Source: Promethearchaeota archaeon (GTDB taxonomy: Archaea > Asgardarchaeota > Thorarchaeia > Thorarchaeales > Thorarchaeaceae). From it: a stretch of 64,000 nucleotides of DNA. The DNA lies in NCBI GenBank assembly GCA_048940045.1, contig JBHLOX010000001.1, forward strand, positions 33,598-97,597, given 5' to 3'. Under the pieces are notes generated by a model. The model was given only the letters and a program-made list of their open reading frames with translations, made no database searches and had not been told where the DNA came from. This document shows positions 53,601-58,440 of this stretch, one piece after another. How positions within the stretch are numbered: the stretch's first letter is position 1; each line of letters opens with the position of its first letter. Both the position numbers and the translations under genes were made by a program.

Positions 53601-54438
53601 AGATGAGATTAGCGATTACGATGAGGTCTTTGGAGTCAATCCACTGGGAATCCCAACAGACCCGCTGGAGGATGACGGAGATTTCGACGGACTGACTGAT
53701 TACGAGGAACTCTTCATCTACGGGAGTTATCCGAACTCACAGGACAGTGACGAGGATGACCTCAGTGATTTTCTAGAGGTCACGGAGTATCTCACTGAAC
53801 CGATGAACAATGACACAGATGGAGAAGGACTCCTTGATGGTGCAGAAATAAATGTCTATGAAACAGACCCGCTGCTGGAAGACAGTGATGGCGATGGACT
53901 AGACGACTATACAGAGGTCATGGTGCTGGGCACAGACCCGAACAGCAGAGACAGCGACGGAGACGGAATCATGGATGGTCAGGACTTTCTCCCGATGATT
54001 CACTGGATATTCCCGATTGCGGGACTTCTGGTGCTGGGGTTCGTGGTCGCAGTGGGCGTGAGGCGGTTCAGAGACAGGTACATGGTGGAGGAATTCGTCA
54101 CCAAGGCAGAGCCTGCGAGCCTGGGCCTAGAACCGGGCATGGACATCGCGGTGGAGTACAAGATCCGTGGAGGGCGAGTGATATTCGGAGTGGTTGTGCG
54201 GAACGGTTCTGACAACCCAATGCAGAACGTACAGGTGATACTGGGTGTGCCAGACCTGACTGACGCAATCAAGACTGAGAATTTGGGTGCAGTGGAGCCA
54301 GACACGGTCTCAGTGGCTGAGATCGAGTTCGAGCTGCAGCCTGGCGCTGAGGGCGAGCTTGTTGGCATGGTCGAGTACGACAATGTTGAGGGTGAACACA
54401 AGGTCGTGAACCTGAAGCCGGTCAGGATTGTGGCATAG
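47617..54438 (+). CDS. Giant (2273 aa) type-I membrane protein: signal peptide, FG-GAP/VCBS beta-propeller, very long thrombospondin type-3-like Ca-binding repeat array, TM helix, cytoplasmic beta-rich tail
   Basis: The N-terminal hydrophobic leader is followed by FG-GAP-like blades (VDNFDADVRDEVAV, GNFDADGFEEVVVG, GDLDNFGGQEYVFG). Dozens of D-x-D-x-D-type repeats follow (DTDSDKLTDWQE, DTDGDSLGDGLE, DSDGDGLLDNEE and others). The TM helix IFPIAGLLVLGFVVAVGV lies at about 53998-54060, followed by RRFRDR. The tail is 125 aa (54061-54435). Confidence 0.9.
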   Translation: MKTYHVIIALLVVCALAGLQVQTTNTGTQPVVITSPQVQQNPHALAEIAPFNTAIVWSNTTGNQVVDLVVDNFDADVRDEVAVIVQNGSLFLFDDDSSLLWKLKLGSTPHALASLDGTAASGQEMLVGTDSGIVVVGADKTVQMNMSLPEPVYAVAGGNFDADGFEEVVVGCDDFYVYAFEIDTTPLWSYLSNGRVRLVAGADIDSDARTEVIVASEGRRFTLLQDTGAVVFEKSSGTAITVVSLGDLTTATNLDVVFGNSNGTLNIWYDTGILAYNLQVGNRITALEVGDLVTGGRHELALGTDSNQLRVYDSGGTFLWNKTLTGQPNSILFPNIGATPNAQVLVGIPNTLRLYNSTGWLVSSVNAAGFSRALSFGDLDNFGGQEYVFGTNGGQVSAYGRDFDGEGLADAREILIEGTAYDDPDSDNDNLNDAEEVLDYGTNPLAPDSDFDKLSDFAEVRTYGTDPNLKDTDSDKLTDWQEIYLGTDPNQADTDSDSLTDYEENNITLTLPTDPDSDSDDINDAQDDNDGDGLTNIQEVRLSKTDPNDVDTDGDLTTDYYDDQDGDNLANWKEIQIGTGLYDPDSDDDLLNDGYEVKTSKTSPLNEDTDSDSLTDYEEVMIVHSDPLKADGDEDGLSDYDEYVVYGTGVLDSDSDDDTLKDGAEVNTYFTDPLNNDTDSDNISDGLEVNFWGSDPNSADTDLDGLNDYLECYVWNTNVTKSDTDGDSLGDGLEILTYGTNATLVDTDFDLIRDPDEVKYLANGWDPTNPNTFDAGTLDGNWDFDGDRLTNYQEIYLTRTNPTLLDSGGLPLTDDLEDSDLDGLNNYDELYVTFTLPRNPDSDEDMVKDGDEWSILGTDPNDEDTNDNGVSDYDEDFDDDGLSDGIELYITHTKHNVTDSDSDTISDYDDDEDADLLPNWFEVEMTGTDPLYNDTNDNGTFDWEEDPDNDELNNLEEFLNDCDPLAADTDLDQLTDGEEVLYTHTDPTDSDDDDDGILDGQDDLDNDGLTNLEELRTYDTNVTLWDTDGDRIRDGLEIDVGLNATNPDSDGDGLYDGWNDIIPNGIYEPHLGERGEDVNANGVVNVGETSPFEADSDFDGLDDYEEYSYGTSPTNDDCDDDGLLDGEEINDYGTNPLNNDTDSDLLSDYIEVEITLTDPNNMWYNGTHTDYMIDSDGDMLTNGDEIDIYDTSPGDFDSDNDNIGDGMEVLVYLSDPNSNDSDGDGLLDNEELFYGTEINIQDTDGDQLDDFVEIEYLGTNPLLPSTYMNGTLDGDLDNDGDGLSNAVEIYGYHSNATAKDSDLDGLEDGFEVFTTGTSPTDMDSDNDQLSDYDEYMIYHTDPSGSDSDSDGLDDYTEVYVSLTTPTSWDSDGDTLSDGLEWNDYGTDPNSIDSDNDLLNDNVELDIGTDPLLNDTDGDTLSDWEEWILYDTDPTEADMDQDGLNDAEELENGTDWENWDSDFDTLSDGDEVNIYETSPIDDDTDSDNIADADELFNSHTDPLLLDTDGDSIPDDLDDQDADGLTNHDEIYLYETNCTMIDTDLDFLSDYDEIFIWETSPTKFDSDEDSLGDWDELFYWSSDPNDRDSDGDGLEDSEEALTFHTLLNSTDSDMDNVSDYDEIKVFETDPLHWDTDSDSISDGDELYVYNTSPLRKDTDSDKLLDGQEIHGFYMTFNISGVVSSRWVYTNPRVGDTDLDTLTDFEEVNMTNTDPTLFSTQGTTISDADWDIDGDLLTNAQEIRLTRTDPRDYDSDSDGKSDGADDEDRDLLTNYWECVLTETDPRDPDSNDNGISDYNDDEDGDTLSNGEECKVYGTNPLERDTDNDGLDDNEEIEDWGIDPLNKDSDGDGLEDGPEVNDWGTMPDSNDTDQDWLSDWEEVVLTGTSPTNNMTNPGTPDRLWDSDSDGLSNWDELRVWFTLPNDPDYDNDDLIDGLEVTLGTDINGTDTDSDLLTDGEEYLLYDTDPLEPDSDLDGLDDYEEVITYETDPNEEDTDSDEISDYDEVFGVNPLGIPTDPLEDDGDFDGLTDYEELFIYGSYPNSQDSDEDDLSDFLEVTEYLTEPMNNDTDGEGLLDGAEINVYETDPLLEDSDGDGLDDYTEVMVLGTDPNSRDSDGDGIMDGQDFLPMIHWIFPIAGLLVLGFVVAVGVRRFRDRYMVEEFVTKAEPASLGLEPGMDIAVEYKIRGGRVIFGVVVRNGSDNPMQNVQVILGVPDLTDAIKTENLGAVEPDTVSVAEIEFELQPGAEGELVGMVEYDNVEGEHKVVNLKPVRIVA
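48820..53990 (+). repeat. Coding array of thrombospondin type-3-like aspartate-rich calcium-binding repeats
   Basis: The period is about 11-13 residues, with a DxDxDxLxDxxE consensus repeated throughout about 5 kb of the giant CDS. Confidence 0.8.
54411..54435 (+). repeat. Copy 1 of a recurring 3'-end motif (cctgaagNNggtcaggattgtggca)
   Basis: cctgaagccggtcaggattgtggca. Here it encodes the last residues NLKPVRIVA of the giant protein. Confidence 0.9.
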
Positions 54439-54522
54439 ACAACTTGCCAAAACACACATAATCTGGAACTCACAACACCAGATTATGGAGGAAGGGTTCT
54501 GAGAGAGATTAGAAGTGCCTGT

Positions 54523-55791
54523 GTGGTCATTCTGCTATGTCTGTTGATGGTGAGTGTTCCACGAGAATCTCACTCAATTGTAACTGAAACATCGGGTACT
54601 GTAATAGCTGAGACCACACATTCACCAATCAATATCACGTCGGAGTCAGATTTCATTTCACTAGGACTTCCTGGTGATGGTTCGCCCACAGACCCCTACA
54701 TCATAGAAGATCTCTCCATCGAGTCAGTTTCAGGTGAGTCGTGCGTCAGTGTGTCAGGAGATATCTCGTCTAATTATGTGATTCGAAACTGTATCATATC
54801 TGGTACGATAATGGGAGAAGGTGATGATATAGCCGCGGCGGGAATATACCTTGGGGCTGGGCAAGGGATTATTGATGGATGTAGAATTTCAGATTGTGAA
54901 ATCGGTGTGGGAATTGAATACATAGAAGATGTAATGATTCAAAACAACATAATCGAAACAACATACAGAGGTGTCGCAATTCTCAACTCAAGCAATGTAG
55001 TGATCGAGGATTGCGAGCTTAGAGGTGGAAATGGTCTATCTTTGAGGTTAGTTAATGTATCAGATGCACTCGTCAGTAATTGCATAATTGATGCAGACTA
55101 TACAATCATCCACGGAGAACATAGAGTGGAAATAGAAAGATGTTCCGTGGCTGGATCGACCATTGCTATTGGGGCTGTTTCAGAAGCGACCATCAGACAC
55201 AACACCCTCACTCGATCAGAAATAACATTGACAGGTTCATCGGAGAACATTGATGTCTATAACAACACCCTTCTCCAATGTTATAACACAGGAATCGATG
55301 TAGGTGCTAATAACTCATTGATTTATGATAACACCATAGAGGGGTATGGTGACTTCAACTACTTTGGGTTAGTTCTGGCTGGTTACGATTGTGAAGTCTT
55401 TGGTAATGAGATCAGCAATTTCTACTATGGTGTTGTTGTTCATTCTACTGGGAATGATATTCACAACAACACAATACACGATTGTTCAGTATGTGGCGTG
55501 GTAATGGTTTCATACTCGTCAGGCAATCGGTTTTACTATAACCATGTTTACAGGAATAAGTTCAACGCGCATGATGATGGCATTAACAACATCTGGGATG
55601 ATGGAATCGACACAGGAAATAGGTGGGGCGATGCATGGTCTGCGCCTTACCAAATAAACGGAAGCGCAAATGCAGTGGACAGATATCCAATCATAATTCG
55701 GGGGTTTGACGTAGCTCTTGCAGTTATACTTACGGGTATAGTAATTGCAGTAGTTGTGATTGTCTTCGTTATCAAGAAGAAGAAAACCTGA
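54523..55791 (+). CDS. Secreted, membrane-anchored right-handed parallel beta-helix protein (NosD/PbH1-like), paralog B
   Basis: N-terminal hydrophobic leader, TDPYIIEDLSIES (compare SDPYRFENLTIAS in paralog A), repeated beta-helix rungs, GNRWGD, and a C-terminal TM helix followed by KKKK. Confidence 0.7.
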   Translation: MVILLCLLMVSVPRESHSIVTETSGTVIAETTHSPINITSESDFISLGLPGDGSPTDPYIIEDLSIESVSGESCVSVSGDISSNYVIRNCIISGTIMGEGDDIAAAGIYLGAGQGIIDGCRISDCEIGVGIEYIEDVMIQNNIIETTYRGVAILNSSNVVIEDCELRGGNGLSLRLVNVSDALVSNCIIDADYTIIHGEHRVEIERCSVAGSTIAIGAVSEATIRHNTLTRSEITLTGSSENIDVYNNTLLQCYNTGIDVGANNSLIYDNTIEGYGDFNYFGLVLAGYDCEVFGNEISNFYYGVVVHSTGNDIHNNTIHDCSVCGVVMVSYSSGNRFYYNHVYRNKFNAHDDGINNIWDDGIDTGNRWGDAWSAPYQINGSANAVDRYPIIIRGFDVALAVILTGIVIAVVVIVFVIKKKKT

Positions 55792-55811
55792 AGTTGGTCA
55801 GGATTGTGGCA
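55787..55811 (+). repeat. Copy 2 of the recurring 3'-end motif
   Basis: cctgaagttggtcaggattgtggca spans the stop codon (55789-55791) of the beta-helix gene. It matches copy 1 at 23 of 25 positions. Confidence 0.9.
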
Positions 55812-55890
55812 AAGAGTCGCTATTACGCAAGACTCAAGACTCTGACCTACCATTATAGTTGATGGAATTGGTGGAAGGCGGAATTGAAAC

Positions 55891-56169
55891 TTGAAGTCCA
55901 GCAGAACCTACCACCCTGCATATTTGTGGGGCTATTTGATGGTCTTTGCCTGTTTCGTAATCATAGCCATAGCTGCGTTGACTGACATAGTTCCCCTAAG
56001 TCTCCAACCTTCGTTTATTTTCCTGATGGTGGCCATCATGATTGCAGGAGGAATAATTGGAATGGTGGGATTCTTCAAGTCCTATGATAAGAGTGCCTAT
56101 CCAGTATTAGTAGTAGTCCTATTGATTCCACTAATATTGGTTCTAATCTATTATCTTACCAGACGATGA
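55891..56169 (+). CDS. Small hydrophobic membrane protein (about 3 TM helices)
   Basis: 92-aa ORF with a TTG start (an internal ATG is also possible). It is almost entirely hydrophobic helices. Confidence 0.45.
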   Translation: MKSSRTYHPAYLWGYLMVFACFVIIAIAALTDIVPLSLQPSFIFLMVAIMIAGGIIGMVGFFKSYDKSAYPVLVVVLLIPLILVLIYYLTRR

Positions 56170-56210
56170 GCTTTCTGAGTAGCAAAATCAGGATCAAGGA
56201 GATGATATTT

Positions 56211-56224
56211 GTCAGGATTGTGGC
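56211..56224 (+). repeat. Copy 3 of the recurring motif (14-nt core gtcaggattgtggc)
   Basis: An exact 14-mer lies 42 nt after the stop of the small membrane ORF. It sits inside a 33-codon ORF (56166-56267) whose ATG overlaps that stop (ATGA). Confidence 0.9.
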
Positions 56225-56420
56225 TCAGTGGACTTTGGCTAACTCACTCAGCATCATCTGTCCATGACCTGACCTCAGCCATAAGAATATCATAACCAGT
56301 CTTGAGGAACGCAAGCATCTCAATGATGCGTACTTCGCTTCATTGCACAAACAGTGATGCATTCAGTATAGACCCCGAAATCGCATTACTTAAGGGTCGG
56401 ATTCGCCTCCACAGCGGAGT

Positions 56421-57107
56421 ATGTTAGAGATCTACAGTGCAGTCTTCTGGGTCGTAGCAATAATCTCGGTAATACTCCAAGACAGGAAGGCTGAGTCTGG
56501 AGTGACAACGGTCGCATCTCTGACCACTGTCGTGAAGTTCCTCCCAGCTTTGATAGCAGTGGTTTTTGTCTTACTCTTTCGGTCAGTCACAATGTTCACT
56601 ATCCTGTTGGCTGCAGCACTGGTGTTTTGTGCAATAGGCGATGTAGGAATGGAGATAGACCTTGTTCCAGGGATCGGGATGTTCCTGATTGCCCAGATTC
56701 TCTACACAGCGAACTTCCTTTGGCAGTCTGTTATTATTGGGTTGACAACAATCCCTATGCTATTGGCTGCTGTGTGTATGTTTGCAGGGGGTCTGTATGT
56801 CTTTATACTCATTCGATACCTTCAGTCTTCAGGTCCTGAAATACCTCCCTTCATTCTTAGAGCAGGAACACTATACTTCATCATTATTGGAGCAACATTG
56901 AGCACTTCCTTACTACTCTGGCAAACAACAGGAGCCCTACTAGGATATCTACCAGTGATTGGAACTCTCATCTTCATAATCTCGGATTCATTCATTGGAA
57001 TCAATGAGTTCCACCATAAGATCTCACACCATGAGTTCTACAACAAGCCAACATACTATCTGGCAATCTTCCTACTGTCACTAGGCGTGTTTGTGTTCGC
57101 GTTGTAA
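56421..57107 (+). CDS. YhhN-family (lysoplasmalogenase/TMEM86-like) membrane protein
   Basis: Eight hydrophobic helices with CAIGDVGME and FIISDSFIGINEF, resembling the conserved YhhN blocks. Confidence 0.6.
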   Translation: MLEIYSAVFWVVAIISVILQDRKAESGVTTVASLTTVVKFLPALIAVVFVLLFRSVTMFTILLAAALVFCAIGDVGMEIDLVPGIGMFLIAQILYTANFLWQSVIIGLTTIPMLLAAVCMFAGGLYVFILIRYLQSSGPEIPPFILRAGTLYFIIIGATLSTSLLLWQTTGALLGYLPVIGTLIFIISDSFIGINEFHHKISHHEFYNKPTYYLAIFLLSLGVFVFAL

Positions 57108-57166
57108 GAAGATTAAGGTCCAAAGTTTGATAAGAATAGATACCCTCACTGGCTGAGGGAACACGC

Positions 57167-58423
57167 GTGAACAAAGAAGAGCTGCTGGAGGCAATCGACG
57201 CCAAACTGGATCAGCTGGATCTTCCAGAGCTGATTGAGCCAGAGAGCATCCAACCAGTAGCGATTATGACGCGTGAAAGAAGGCAGCTAGGCGAGCTCGA
57301 GAAGGAGTTGCTACAGATTCTTGAGCTTGTGAAATTGGATGAGAGACTTCCGAGTATCATTACACGACTAGCCACTGTCTATCTCAAGGAGGCCATTTTT
57401 GGTCGAGCCATTGTCCTATTCGAGTTGACATTGGGTCTTGACAGTAAGCAGGTCAATGCATGGATCAACATGGGACTGTCTTATCTTATGGTATCTAGCC
57501 CTAGGGAAGCCATCAGTTGTCTTGGTAGTGCTCTTGCAATGGACCAGAGAAACGCACTCGCATATGTATATCTGGCGATGGGACAGCTCAATTTGGGAGA
57601 ACTTGATAAGGCAAACACAAACCTTGACCGGGCAATCTTCGTCGACTCCAATATGCCTAGGGCGCTGCTCGGAAAAGGAAAGCTCTTCCGTGCGAGAGGC
57701 GAACTTGAGGTTGCAGTGTCATGGCTACGACGTGCCCTATCCATGGATTCGAACTTCTTGCCAGCACTGATGGAGCTAGGAAGTGTCTATCTTGCTCTCA
57801 AGAAGTATGAAGATGCAAGTGATGCTCTTTCCAAAGCTCTAGCAATCGATTCTGAACAGGCGTACGCACTTTCAACCATGGGAGATATTCATGCGGAGCA
57901 GGGAGAACTCGAGGCTGCCCTATACTACTATGATAAGGCTGTGAGCATCAAGTTTGACGACCCAGACTTATGGATAAAGAAGGGAGACATTCACAAATCT
58001 CTGAAATCCTACCAACAAGCATCAAACGCATATCAGAAGGCAATCAATGCCAACCCAGAACATGTAGAGGCCTGGGTCAAGAATGGTGCTGTGATGTTGC
58101 TTCTGGATGACGAGGGAACTGCACTAGAGTATCTCAATACCGCACTCGCTTTGGAACCAAAGAACGCCGATGTTTCGCATCAGAGAGGATTAATCTACTA
58201 TTCCCTAGAACGTCATCAGGAGGCGTTGGATGATTTTGATGCGGCATTCTCAGTGGACCCAGGAAATCCCATGCACCTCTATTATCGTGCACTCCTCCTG
58301 GAGATTCTAGATAGGGTTGACGAGGCGAGAAGAACCTGGCAGGTTGCCCTCAGTCTCTTCAAGGAGATAGGTGATGAGATGAAGATAGCAGAGTGCTCCG
58401 CCAGACTGAACCGGCTTGGTTAA
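57167..58423 (+). CDS. Tetratricopeptide (TPR) repeat protein
   Basis: There are about 9 consecutive 34-residue repeats with the W/A-x-x-L-G-x-x-Y...A-x-x-x-F/Y-x-x-A-L-x-x-D-P-x-N pattern. The start is GTG. Confidence 0.85.
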   Translation: MNKEELLEAIDAKLDQLDLPELIEPESIQPVAIMTRERRQLGELEKELLQILELVKLDERLPSIITRLATVYLKEAIFGRAIVLFELTLGLDSKQVNAWINMGLSYLMVSSPREAISCLGSALAMDQRNALAYVYLAMGQLNLGELDKANTNLDRAIFVDSNMPRALLGKGKLFRARGELEVAVSWLRRALSMDSNFLPALMELGSVYLALKKYEDASDALSKALAIDSEQAYALSTMGDIHAEQGELEAALYYYDKAVSIKFDDPDLWIKKGDIHKSLKSYQQASNAYQKAINANPEHVEAWVKNGAVMLLLDDEGTALEYLNTALALEPKNADVSHQRGLIYYSLERHQEALDDFDAAFSVDPGNPMHLYYRALLLEILDRVDEARRTWQVALSLFKEIGDEMKIAECSARLNRLG

Positions 58424-58440
58424 GTACCCATTAGACAACT

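Noticed and set aside
48820-53990. Highly periodic nucleotide repeats that could superficially resemble a repeat array or CRISPR.
   Set aside because: The repeats are in-frame, of variable sequence, and encode Asp-rich TSP3-type units inside one long ORF. There is no repeat-spacer structure and no cas genes.
54436-54525. The beta-helix gene (GTG 54523) is in the same reading frame as the giant gene. Only the TAG stop (54436-54438) and 28 sense codons without further stops separate them. I considered amber read-through or pyrrolysine-type recoding producing a fusion.
   Set aside because: Frame coincidence has a 1-in-3 prior. The downstream protein begins with its own hydrophobic signal/anchor segment exactly at the GTG. 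The 28 intervening codons look non-coding. No pyl genes or recoding element are visible in the window.
56320-56385. C/D-box sRNA-like elements (atgatgc ... gtgatgc) in the intergenic region upstream of the YhhN gene.
   Set aside because: Both C-like boxes are imperfect (TGATGC). No CTGA D or D' boxes occur at the required spacing on either strand, and there is no terminal stem.
57143-57159. Hairpin ccctca-ctggc-tgaggg between the YhhN gene and the TPR gene, considered as a terminator.
   Set aside because: The stem is only 6 bp, no T-tract follows, and it lies 8 nt before the GTG start of the TPR gene. It could equally be part of the 5' leader.
57745-57754. GGATTCGAAC (reverse complement GTTCGAATCC), a tRNA T-loop-like decamer. 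A ggttcgaa also occurs near 487.
   Set aside because: Both lie inside well-supported CDSs (the TPR protein and the ACP). I could not build acceptor, D or anticodon stems around them.
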